The translations under genes were made by a program, and so were the position numbers. From the NCBI GenBank assembly GCA_048213135.1, contig PS015061.1, positions 178,628 through 242,627 on the forward strand: a DNA stretch of 64,000 nucleotides. The letters run 5' to 3'. Positions 1-11,762 of this stretch are shown piece by piece. Source of the stretch: Reclinomonas americana ATCC 50394 (taxonomy: Eukaryota). Each line of letters starts with the position of its first letter. The first letter of the stretch is position 1. The notes beneath the pieces are model-generated. The model saw only the letters and a list, made by a program, of their open reading frames with translations. It ran no database searches and had not been told where the DNA came from.

Positions 1-657
1 TCAGTGTCTCCATACCGCAAGTGTCTTCGCAAGGACGTAACCTAATTTGGCATTGTTGCACTTTCCCTCTCTTGTCAGCTCTTTGAGGCCTCTCTTGCAC
101 ACGACTCCCGCAATGCACAGTGCAACTTCCTTCTTCTCATTCCCTGTCTGTCTCTGTCTCTGACACACCCCACCAAGAAGCATGTGAGGAGCACGTGTTC
201 GAACACTTTTCTCTCTCCAGTATTGTTTTCACAAGCCATTCGCCTTCTCTCTCTTACATACACACAATATTCCCCCTGCTCGACACTCTTCCCTTCATCC
301 CTCACTTTCACGCTTCTTGCGGCGTCTCTTTTGTCACCTGCCTCGCGCCATTCTCACTCCACCAAATATGGAAATATTCACGATCGCGACAACTTCAGTT
401 TCTCTTCCTCTCCTTCTCCCCTCACCCATCCACTCACCTCCCCTCCTCTCCCCCCTCCACACAGAACGAACTCAATCACCTCCGCTCTCACCCTCCCCTC
501 CCACCTCCCCCACCACCTCCCCCCACCATCAACCCCTGCCCCTCCGGATCCCCTTCCCCCCACACCCCCTCCCCTTCATCCCCCTCACACCCCTCCCCCT
601 CCTCCACCCCCCACCCACCCCCGGGAGCCTCTCGCCGCGCCCGACGAGTCGGCGTCA

Positions 658-1043
658 TGACTCCGCCGAATTCGAACCAACTGCAACAACAACCCTCGAG
701 CTCTCGCGTAATCATCACTGCTCCCCCGCTCTCCACCGTCCTGTCGCCCCAACAGCAGCGAGAGCGCGACAGCAGCGGCGTCGCCGTGCTCTTCATGTCG
801 CCCCAGCGCGACCAGCCGCCGCCGCCGCCACCGACGAACAACGTCGACGTGTTCGTTCTGCAGTCGCCCCCACTTCCGGCACACGCCCCGCGCAGCATGT
901 CACCGTGGCGCCGCGGTCACCGCCGTCGCAGCGTCGACTCGGTCACCTCGTACCGCGAGCCGAAGCTCAACTCTCACCTGCACGAGTGGACGTCGTCGTC
1001 TCGTCCAGCAGGGGAATCTTTGCCGGCACCCGCGCATCTTTGA
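658..1043 (+). CDS. Probable 3'-terminal exon of a gene starting upstream of the window (Pro/Ser-rich, function unknown); 5' boundary uncertain
   Basis: GC3-rich coding-like frame (TPPNSNQLQQQ...GHRRRSVDSVTSYREPKL) follows a C-rich polypyrimidine tract like those ending long introns elsewhere in the window; stop at 1041-1043. Confidence 0.5.
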
Positions 1044-1087
1044 CTCTCACTTGAGAATTACACTTCTCCTTCTGCCCTCTCCTTGAC

Positions 1088-3228
1088 ATGACATCCAACG
1101 CCACCACGTCATGCCTCTCCGTGGTGGAACGGAAACGCGACGGGCAGGAACTGACCGACGCCGAGATCGCCCACATGGTACACGCGTACACCCTCGGCGA
1201 CTGCAGCGACGCTCTCATGGCGGCCTTCCTCATGGCCAGCTACCTGCGCGGCCTCTCACGACGCGAGACACGCGCACTGACCGAAAGCATGCTGAAATCC
1301 GGCACACAACTCGACCTGCATCCCTCACTCCTCGCCTCCACGGCCGCCTTTCCGCATCGCACCTCGTGCGTGGTCGATAAGCACTCGACGGGTGGTGTGG
1401 GCGACAAGACATCGCTGCTCATTGCGCCCATCGTGGCGGCCTTGGGTTCGTCGTGCCTCGAAGAGTTGTCATCTCCACTGTAGTTGTTCTCTTACGCCTC
1501 CCAAAGGCGTGCCTGTGGCGATGCTATCGGGTCGCAGTCTCGGTCACACAGGTGGCACACTCGATAAGCTGGCCAGCATTCGCGGCTTCCGCGTCGATCT
1601 CTCATCGGAGGAGTTTTGCGAGTCAGTGGCGCAGTGCGGTGCGGTGATTGCCGGTGCCAGTGCCGACATTGCACCGGCCGATCGCAAGATCTACGCCCTC
1701 CGCAACGACACGGCCACCGTCAGCTGCATCCCGTTCATTGTGGCCTCCATTATGAGCAAGAAACTCGCGGCCGGCACCGATGCACTCGTTCTCGATGGTT
1801 CGTTATCGGTGGCCGGCTATTGATAGTCTTCCTCTCATCACTCCTTTTCCCATCTGCAGTCAAGTGCGGCCACGGTGCGCTGATCGAGGACGTAGAGGCG
1901 GCGCGTGATCTGGCCGAGCAGCTGGTGTCGGTGGCCGTCGACGGTGGTCGCCGGTGTGTGGCGCGTCTGACTCGCATGGACACGCCGCTCGGGCACGCCG
2001 TCGGCAACTTTGTGGAGATCATCGAGACGGTGCAGGCGTTGCAGAATCCACACACTGCCGACCCGACTCTCATTGACTTGTGTGTGGTGCTGGCGGCCGA
2101 CATGCTCCATTTGAGTGGTCGCGCCGCGTCGGTCGACGAGGGGTGCCAGCTGGCCAAGTGTGCGCTGCAAGACGGGTCGGCGTGGAGCAAGTTCCTCGAA
2201 ATGGTATTGTGGGGGCGAAGGAGGCTTTGTGTATGTGTATCTGGCATGTCCCTGAGCTTCTCCGTCCCCAGATCGCCTGCCAAGGCGGTGATACGTCCGT
2301 GGTCGACGTGCCCGGCGACGATCTCTTCGCCACGTGGCGTTCCGCAGCCGTTCCCGTGGCGGCGCCTGTTTCTGGTGTTGTTTCGCGGTGAGGCGTGGAG
2401 GAGATGGGCGGATAGGGGGAAGGGCGGAGAGGAGAGGGAGAAGGGCGGGGAGGGAGAGTGCGACATTGAGAATACTCGCAGCTCACTGCCTTGCATCAAG
2501 GAGAGATTACGGCAGCTACAGAGGAGTACAGCATCGGCCTTGCGCCACTTGCTGTTGTTGCAGCACATGGTTCTGTGATGAAGAGGCGGAGCTTGCGCCT
2601 TGATGGTCCCTCTCCTCTCTCTATCTCTCTCACCCACTCTCTTCTGCTCTTCTCTCTGTGCCTCTGTTCGCTCTCTTCTCCTCTCTTCCTTTCTCATATT
2701 TTCTCATGTGTTACTCCCTTCTCTCTCTCCCGCTGCGCTCTCTCTTCTTTCCCCTCCTCCTTCTGGGGTGTTCTTTTTTCTCTTGTTCTCTTTTTTCTAA
2801 TTCTGCTGTCGCTATCCTCTCTCCATCTCTTTCTTCCGTCTCTCTCCTCTTTTTTCATCTCTCCGTCTCCTTCCTTTTCGCTCTCTCTCTCTCTCCGATC
2901 CCTCTTGCCTCTCTGTCTCCCTTTCCTCCCTCTCTTCTCTCACCAAGGTGTTCCGCTGCCTCTTCCTTTTTCTCCTTCTGCTGTTCCTTTCTTCTCTTCA
3001 TATCTTGTTTCCTTTCTCCGTTCCTCTCTTTCTCTTCTCTCTGACCTCTCTCTCTCTCTCTCTGCCTCTTTGCCCTTTGTCTCCTGCTCTTCTCTGCCCT
3101 CTTAATATTCCTCTCTCTTCTCCTCCCTCTGCCCTCTGTCTCATTCTGTTCTCTCTCTCTCGAGGGTGTTCTTCTTTCTCTTCATCTTTTTTCCCCTCTG
3201 CTGTCCCTTCCTCTCTCTCCGTCCCTCT

Positions 3229-3265
<37 letters not shown>

Positions 3266-3398
3266 GCTCTTCCGCCACCCTGTCTCTTTTTCTCTTCTCT
3301 CCCCGGGGTGTTCCTCTTTCTCTTCATCTTTTTTCTCCCTCAGCTGTCTCGTCCCCTTTTCTCCTCTCTCTCCATCTCTTCTCTCCTTTCTTCCTCTG

Positions 3399-3432
<34 letters not shown>

Positions 3433-3951
3433 TCTCTTCTCTTTTTTCTCCGTCTGCTGTCACTTCCTCTCTCTCCATCTCTGCTCTCCTCTTTCTCTTC
3501 CTCTTTTTCTCCTTTGCTGTCACTTCCCCTCTCTGTCTTTTCGCTCCTTTTCTCCTTTCCCTCTCCTCCCTTTCCTCTCTCCTTTCCCCTTCTCCTCCCT
3601 CATCCTCTCCTCCCTCACCCTCTCTCTCTTTCTCCCTGCAGTGTGGACGCCCTGGCCATCGGTCGCCTCATTTCCGAGCTCGGCGCCGGCCGCGACGACC
3701 ACCACCACGAGCCCGACATGCAAGTGGGCCTGTGGTTCGTCAAGACCATTTGCGATCGCGTTGATGCCGGCGAGCCACTAGCGTGGCTTCGCGGAGCCAA
3801 GCACGCCACCGCCGACGCCATTGCTACCGCACAGGCGGCAGTCGCGGCCACCATCACCATCGCCGACGAGGGTGTAGAGGCAGCGCGTCACTCGGTTCTT
3901 CTAGACTTGTACACACCGGCCATTGGCTGGGCCTCACGGCAACCTGAATAG
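1088..3951 (+). CDS. TYMP: Thymidine / pyrimidine-nucleoside phosphorylase; exons 1088-1445, 1507-1797, 1860-2203, 2272-2387, 3642-3951
   Basis: Family motifs DKHSTGGVGDKTSL, MLSGRSLGHTGGTLDKL, APADRKIYALRNDTATV, SIMSKKLA, DVKCGHGA, PLGHAVGN, ELGAGR; four GT-AG introns restore a continuous frame. Confidence 0.93.
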
Positions 3952-4252
3952 TGGTAGTACATCACCGTAGACGCTTTTTGTTTCGCCAGGGAGTACTGCA
4001 GCTGCCAGCTGGGACCTCCGGAGCCTCTTTTCGCAGCTGTTCCTCTACGTAGTTTCTTGACTTGCAACGTCGGAAGCACTGCCTTGAGAGACACCGGACC
4101 GGCGGAACACCAGCGATCTTCTGCCACAGAGGGAGCACCAGCGCAGACTACGCCAAGTCTGCACCTTGCACAACACTTTCCCGCGCAGCCTGCAACGCGC
4201 TGCAGGCAGAGACGCGAAGTTCAGTCCGTCCTGTCACTCTCTCTCTCTTCCA

Positions 4253-5041
4253 ATGTCGGGAGATCGGATGAGGCCGATGCCAGCACCTCCGTCTGAGCTG
4301 GTCAGCGCCAAGGCACCCGCCTTTATCAAATGCGTGTTCACTTGCATCGATGGCGAAGGTTCTGTGTGTGCGTGTATGTGCTACTTGCTCTCTCCTCTCA
4401 CTCTTGTGCATTAGTCATGTCATCCACGAATCAGGTCGAGTCGACACTGCCGCACGCGCATCGACGTGCAGGTGTGTGTGTGAGAGAGTGTGTGTGTTGT
4501 GTGAGAATGCACGTTGCTAATGCACGTGATGCGCAGGGGAAAATCTGCCTGCGACTCCGCGGCCTCCAGGCATGAGCCGCACCAAGGCACTCACACTCTA
4601 CGTGCGAGAACGGTGTGTGTGTGTGTTGTGAGGCATCTCTCTGCTCTCTCTCCTCACACACCTCTCCTCATGAGTGATCAGTCTGATGATCGCTCTTTCT
4701 TCTTCACTCCCTCTCTCTCTCTCACGGTTTCACCCTCTGCCTCCTCTGCTCCGCCTCCTGTCGTTCCCTCTCTCGTCCTTGTCATCGACCTTCTCCTCTC
4801 TCCGCTCTCTCGCTCTCTTTCTCTCGCCCTCTCTCTCTCTTCTCCTCTCAACTCTGTTGCTTTCCGCCTTCTGCCTTCATCACGGTCTCACGGTCTCCCA
4901 CTGATTCGTATGTCGTTCCTCCGCTCGTTCTCCTCTCGCCCTCCTTGTCCTTATGATCTCACCAGGTTCTCTTTCTCTCACCTGAACTTCCGTCACTTCT
5001 CAAGTTCCCATGCTGTTGTGCCTTTCATCGCCTACATGCTC

Positions 5042-5098
<57 letters not shown>

Positions 5099-8000
5099 AT
5101 CTCTCTCCCTGTCTCTCCCGTCTCTCTCGCTGCCTCTGTGCTGAACTTCCCTCAGTTCTCAAGCTACCTTACTGCTGTTCCTTTCATTGTCCGTATTCTC
5201 CGCTGCCTCCTTCACTCTCTCCCCCTGCTCTCTCTCCCTCTCTCTCTCCCTCTCCCTCTCTCTCCCTCTCTCCCCTCTCTCTCCCTCCTCTTGCTCACCT
5301 TTCCCTCTTGACAGCGTCCGCCGCGCCTACCGCGCCGAGGGCGGCCCCGACTCATTCCTGGTGCGCTTCTGCAACTCGCTGCTCGGCTTCCACATGTCGG
5401 TGCGCCTCGAGCGCAGTTTGCGGCACTGCCACGACCTGCTGACGGCGTTCTCGCTGGGCGCCGGTCTCATCCTGTACGGTGCAGTTGCGTCGAAATGCAA
5501 TTTCTGCAGTTCGCTCCTCCGTCATCCCGCTGCGAGTCGCCTCATTGCATGTGTGCAGTACCTCACTGATTGGACGTATGGGCCGAACTTTGGCGAGGAC
5601 GGCTACGAGGTCATCAAGATCATTTCGCTCGTTCTCAACCTGGTCACGTGCTTCTTCATTTGTCGCTACTACAAGCTGCGCACGGACCGGCAAAAGTTTG
5701 TCGTCAAGTCGTCGACCTCCAGCATTCTCAAGTTTGAGTTCTGGCGCTCCTCGTACCCGATTCAAGTGAGTGTGCGACGCTCTGCTCCTCATCCATCTTC
5801 TTCGTTGATGCAAAGCTGCTGGTGTCGTATTTCTTGCTCTTCTCTTTCTTTATCGTCTCATCTTGTTGTTGATGTTGATGTCGTCCGTGTTCTTCTTACT
5901 CTCCGTTTCTCACGTTTCTCTTTCTCTTGAGGTCGATGCGTTGCTATTGCTGTTACTGCTGTTGTCCTTGTCCTACTTCTTCTCTTTGTCTTCTTCACGT
6001 CATTGATGTTGTCCTTCATCTTCTCCGTGTCTTCGATTGTCACTTTTTCTTCTTCTTCTTCTCCTTGCTGTTCTTATTGTGGTTGTTTGTTTACATCTTC
6101 TAGTTTTCTTCCTGTTGTTGCAGCTGTCATTATCCTGGATCTTCTTCTTCATCATCTCCTTTCTCACCCTCACCCTCCTCCTCCTCCCTCATCTTGTTGT
6201 GACTGAAGCTGTTCTCTCCCTTCTTGCCCTCCCTCTCCTATCTCTTCTCCTCCTCCTCTCCCCCCCCCCCCCCCCCTCCGTCGTGCCCCCGCTCACTGCT
6301 TGACCGCGACGCAGTTGTTGCTGGAAATCATCGCACACCTGGCGCAACCATTCCCGTTCCTATCGCGAGTGTGGTACGAGAATGACCAGCTGTCGATTTT
6401 CGTGTGCCTCCGACTGTACGTGATCTTGCGCTTCGTGCGCGACCACGCCGTCATCTTCCAGCGGCGCGAGCTGGTGCAGCAGGAGTTGGCTGAGTTGAGT
6501 TTTTGTGCAAGGAACTGCTTTCGACACTCGTCTCTGTTTTGGTTGTCGTCGCACCTCGCACTTTTTATGCCACCGTTGACTCGCCTTTCTTTCTCATTCA
6601 GCCTCTCATATTATCTCTGTGCGTTGCCATTGGCTGGACTCTCTTCTGTTATAATACGCATATGTCTGCTTTGTCAATCTGCCCTTCGCGTTCCTTCTCT
6701 CCTCTGTCTCTCTCTCTCCTTTTCGACACACATCGTGCTCTTCCTCATCGTATTCTCGCGCGCGCGCGCTCTCTCTCTCTCTCTCTCTGCATTGCTGTTG
6801 ACTCGCTTTCTCTCTTTCGTTCTCGACGTGTGTCTCTCTTGTCTCATGCTGCCTTCGTCCTCGTAATCCTGTCTCTTGTAATTTCAACACAGTTCCCTCT
6901 ATCTTCAATCTGGCTTTAGTATTCTCTCCGTGTGGCTGTCGCCTCATCTTTTTCTGTCATTCAGTTTTCTCAGTCTGTTTTATCTCGTTCTCTCTCTCTT
7001 CTTGTCTCGTCTCTCTCTCTCTGTCTCTCTCTTTCTCTCTTGTGTCGTCTCTCTCTCTCTCTCTTGCCTCGCCTCTCTCTCTCTCTTGTGTCGTCTCTCT
7101 CTCTCTCTCTCTTATGTCGTCTCTCTCTTGTGTCGTCTATCTCTCTCTTCTTGTCAGCACGTCTCTTTCTCGCTTCATATTCTGTTTTTTTGGCCTTACT
7201 CTTTTAATGTTTCCTCATTTTGTTGTTGACCCATCTCTCCCCTTCCCCCCGTTCCCCCCTTTCCACTTACCCCCTTTCCCCCCTTCTCCCTTCCCCCTTC
7301 ACCTTCTCCCCTTACCCTTCCCCCCCTTCCCCCTTGTTCCCGCCCTCCCGCAGACACAACATGTCCTACAAACTCGGCTGGCGCGCCGCCTTCAAAATGC
7401 TCTTCTACTACCGCACCACCACCATGTTTGTGATGGCCGCGGTGTTGACGATTCCCCTGCTCGCCTTTATGGTGTGGCAAGCGGAGCGCTTTGTCGAGGG
7501 TTCACTCTTCAACAACTACTTTAACTGCCTGTGGGTGAGTGAGTGAGTGAGTGGACGGCGTGATCTATATTTTCTTACTCGTAATTGCAGTTTGTGTACA
7601 TTACCATGGCAACGAGTTGCGTTCTCTTTGTCTGTGCGTGTGACCATTCTCTTTCGCGTCACCCACTCCACTCTACATCACAGTTGGCTACGGTGATTTC
7701 TACCCGGTGGGCGTGCAAGGCAAGCTGGTCGTAGTCAGCATCGGCATCTGGAGTGCGCTCATGCTCGTGCTGCTGGGTGCCTTGGTGACCAACAAGATCA
7801 AGCTGACGCGCCAGGAGATGTACGTCACTCAAGCCACAGACGCGTGATGCAGATGACAATCGACTCACTCTCACACACGCACAGTCTGGCCATGAAGGTA
7901 GCGTTCGAGGCACGTCGCAACCGCAATCGTGCGCACGCCGCTGCGCGAGTGATTCAGTATCCGTGGAGGTGAGTGTTGCGATTCCAGTTGCACAGTCGTG

Positions 8001-9323
8001 TTACCTTGCTCATCCCTGCGTGATAGACGCTACAAGGCCGGCGTGCTGCATGCGCGCAACTCGCAACGCGGACTCGTGTCTCGCGTGGCCAAGTTCCAGG
8101 AACTCAATGATGGGTGCGTGCTTGTATCTGTGTGCGCGGACTTTTTTAAGTCAACAGCTGCTCTCTTCCCTCTATCTCTCTGACACATCCGCACTCTCTT
8201 CTCTTTTCTCCTGTCTCTCCCTTTCTCTCGCTCACTCTTATTCCCTTCTGTCTCTCTGAGTCCCTCTCACACTCTCGTTCCTTTTTCTCCTAATCTCTCT
8301 CTTTCCTCCCTTCTCTCTCTCACTCTCATCTCTCTCTGTCTGTCTGTGACTCTCGGTCTCGTACCTTAGTCTCCCTAATTCTCTTTGTCATCTCCGTTCT
8401 CTTTCTCACTCACTCTCGTTCCATTCTCTCCCTCTCCCTTTCTCTCGCGCTCACTCTTTCCCCTCTCTTTCTCAGTTTCTATGTCTCTCTTTCTGTCTCT
8501 CACTCTCATTCCTTGATGTCGCTTTCCTGCTCTGCCTCCACTCTCTCGCATTCTTTTTTCTTTCTGTTTCCCTCATTCCTCTCTCTTCTCTTTCTCACTC
8601 ACTCTCGTTCCATTCTCTCCCTCTCCCTTTCTCTCGCGCTCCCCTCCCCGCTTTTAGCACTCACTATGATTGCCTCCGCCTGACTCACACTCTCTCTGTC
8701 TCTTTTCTCATTCGGTCACTCACACTTATTCTGCCTGTCTCGCTCTCCTCACATTCTTTCACCCTCTCTCTCTCTCTCACTCTCATTCTCGCCCTATTCT
8801 CTGTCTCTCTGTCTTTCTCTTACTTGCTCATTCTCATTCCCTCTCTCTCTCTCTGTCTCTCTCCCCCTCTCTCACTTCCTGATCCCTCTTTCACGTTCTC
8901 TCTCTTTCTCTCTCTCTTTTGCTCTTTCCGTCCTCTTCCCTCCCCTAACCCCCTTCCCTTTCCTTCCCCACACCCCCTTCCCTCCCCTCACCCTCCCCTC
9001 ACCCTCCCCTCCCCTCCCCTCCCCCTCTTTCTCCTCCCACCAGCCCCGTATCGGAGGCCAGTTACTCCAGCGCCGACCCGGTCATCATGAGCCAATTGAC
9101 GGAGCTGGACGAGTGGCGACGGGGCACGGAGGAGCGCATCAACCACATGTCACTGATGATGGATCAGCTGTTGCGACACTTGCGCGTGACGGTTCCGGAG
9201 AACACAGCCCCCCCACCCGCAGCGCCTGCCACTGCGGCGGCACAAGGCACTGGTTTGGATATTGGTCGAATGGCGTCGACACACGGAATGGGTATTAGGG
9301 TGGAGGGGCCAGGTGGTAACTGA
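4253..9323 (+). CDS. SK/KCNN-like potassium channel with C-terminal calmodulin-binding/IQ-like segment; about 12 exons
   Basis: Spliced pore NYFNCLWFVYITMATIGYGDFYP, S4-like FVCLRLYVILRFVRDH, LLEIIAHLAQPFP, post-S6 AHAAARVIQYPWRRYK and a terminal coiled coil. Confidence 0.85.
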
Positions 9324-10069
9324 GAGGCTCCTTTCTTTATTCACAGTGTACATTGATTTTTTGACGAAGACCGGTCACAAGTCTTTGCTGGACGTCGGGC
9401 AGGACTGTGGATTCCAACATCAGAGACAGAATACCTTCACTAGCATTCTCGTCTTGCTGCAACCCTGCTCGCAGCTGTGGACGAGTAGTAGTTGCGTGAC
9501 GTGCATAGTGGTCACTTCACCATTGCTGGAACAAACGGCGACGATGACATTGGCGGAGATGGCACTTGCGACCTGCGGTGATGAAGAAAAAGATGAACAC
9601 AATGGGTAGAGAGAGCTGACGGAAAGCGCAAGCGCTGACCTCGACTATGTGGTGCGGTAAGCAAGCCTGTTGTTTAGTAGAATGTGAGTGAGCGTATGCG
9701 ACCCGCAAGAGCAGACCAGCCACTACGCTGTGGTCCGGAAGTCAAAGTCGGCGCAATGTGTGTCTGTTTTTAAACCAGCCGTGGAACGTGGCAAGGCGTT
9801 GGATTGCAAGTCGGTGTCGGAACAGAGTGTGCCGAGGAGCGGTAGCGTGGCTGGCAGCTGTTTGCTTGCCATCATTGATGTCTTGGCGCAGTTTTGACGA
9901 CTCATCACTGCCCAAAACTTGTCGGAACCCGGCTGCACTGGCCTCCAACATCGCCACCGTCTCCGCCAGTGAATTGATGCTAGCCTGACACTGACCCACA
10001 TAGCACATCACATACAACGTGTCCCGCCTCACTTTACCAACAAAGTGTACATTGCTTCCCCTTCTAAGG

Positions 10070-11679
10070 TCATCGCCGCGCCGCACCGGCGGGTGGCGCA
10101 GGAGTTGCTTTCGCCCCCGCAGGCGGTGCAGGAGCTGCCTTCGCCCCCGCAGGCGGTGCCGCCGGCTTGCCAGCTATTGCCGGAGCTGCCGGTGCTCCAG
10201 GCACGGCCGCCACAACACCACTACCACCAGCGGCGGCAGCAGCAGCAGCTGCAGCTGCTGCAGCGGCAGCCTCCTCCTCCTCCTCATCCACATCGGCAAC
10301 CACATCCGGCACCGCCGTGTCCATGGTCAACGCAAACGCCACCGTCTTCAGCGGCGTCGCGGGACTCACCGTCTGCGGACCAAAGTCGCGCTGCACAAAC
10401 GTCACATTGCCGTCCTGGCGCATCACCATGATCGTGGTGGTGCGCGTGCCGTACTCGGGACTCCCGGAGACGTAAATCGGCGACAGAAAGCGTTCCCATT
10501 CCACACCCACACCCGTGTGCGGCAACTCACCGTCCGACGCCCGCGACTTGTCGGCCATCACCTCGAACAGATCGTTCAGTCGATCCTCCAGGTCCATGTC
10601 GTCGCCCGTCGACGATAGCAAACGATTCAACAAGGTCATGGCACGCCTACACACGAGGAAAGGTCAGTGGCCTTGCAATCACAACAAGAAAGAGAAGTAG
10701 GAGGGAGGGCGTGCCTTTCTTTCGGCCAGTTGCGATCGAGACCGATTCCGTTGCAGAGCGAATGCATGCCCGGCGTCACCTCCTTGTACTTGACCTTGCC
10801 GCGTTGCGCGCTGCAGAGAATCAAGACCTTATTCCAATCGCCGCAAATCAAGTTGAATCCCGGGTACTCCTTGAGGCGCTTGGAGACGCGCGACAGGTAC
10901 CGTCGCGGCGGCAACACCGACGTCAGATAATTCGCCACCAGCTTCCCGCGACTCTTTTTCTTGGTCGCCTTGGCGCTCTTGGCGGTGGTGGCCACCGACA
11001 CCACACTCTCATCGCAGCTGCCCATGGGCGCCACCGAGTTCTCCACCGACGCCGCTCCATCATCGCCCACGCCCGATCCCTCGCCTCCAAACTCATCCTC
11101 ATCGCTCATTCCCGACGACGATGGCGGTGGTGGTGGTGGAGGCGGCTGCGGAGCAGCTGCTGCTGCTGACTTCATCACTGGCGACTGCATCGATGATGGA
11201 GAGAACACCTCGTCGGAGGCAGAGGGCGGTGGCGGAGGCTGCGTGAGCTTCGACGCCGCCATATCCTGATCCGATCGTATGTTGGTGAGCACAGCGAATC
11301 GCGCGGTCATTGTCACGCTGTTGCTATAAAAGTGAGCGACGGAGGGCGAGAGAAGGAGAGTGCAACGCGAAGAGCGAACCCGATCCATGTGCCGCCTCCG
11401 TCCTGCGCAAAGGAGAGGAATGAGCGCAGATGTTGACACATAGAAGCCTCTGCCTTTCAACGCAACGAGATCGCGAGGTGCGAGGACATCAGGTGCGCCA
11501 TCGCCGGTCCAGAAGCGCGCAAGGGAAGTCGGGCGATCGAACCTGTGAGAAGAGAAACAAATGAGGGCAGTTGTCTTGTTGCTTTTGTTGTGTAAGTGGC
11601 ACCTCTCATCGCGATTGTTGAGCAGGATGAGGCGATAGCGCGGGTGTGAGGGGTCCCAGAAGAACACAGTGAGGCACAT
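10070..11679 (-). CDS. TANGO2: TANGO2 / NRDE-family protein with low-complexity insert and Ala/Pro-rich tail; 5 exons
   Basis: N-terminal MCL, LLNNRDERFDRPT, RDLDGGGTWIG, FAVLTN, SRGKLVANYL, YPGFNLICGD, LSPIYV, YGTRTTT. Confidence 0.92.
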
Positions 11680-11762
11680 GCGCGTTGAGAAGAAGAGGAG
11701 AGAGCGAGCACAACAACAACTGTCACTCATTCATTTTGCCGCGCGCTCTCTGTGTGACGACC

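Noticed and set aside
7611-7690. Possibility that shifted donors are really non-GT (G|TTGCG) introns cut one base later
   Set aside because: This would change the K+ filter TIGYG to TSGYG, alter other conserved residues, and need acceptors not ending in AG
2491-9090. Many long Leu/Ser/Phe/Pro-rich or Arg/Glu-rich ORFs
   Set aside because: They are translations of (CT)n/(GA)n intron sequence, which lacks stop codons by composition
9340-10050. Possible small minus-strand gene between the K+ channel and TANGO2
   Set aside because: Splice-like signals exist but I found no single consistent frame or recognisable motif; left uncalled
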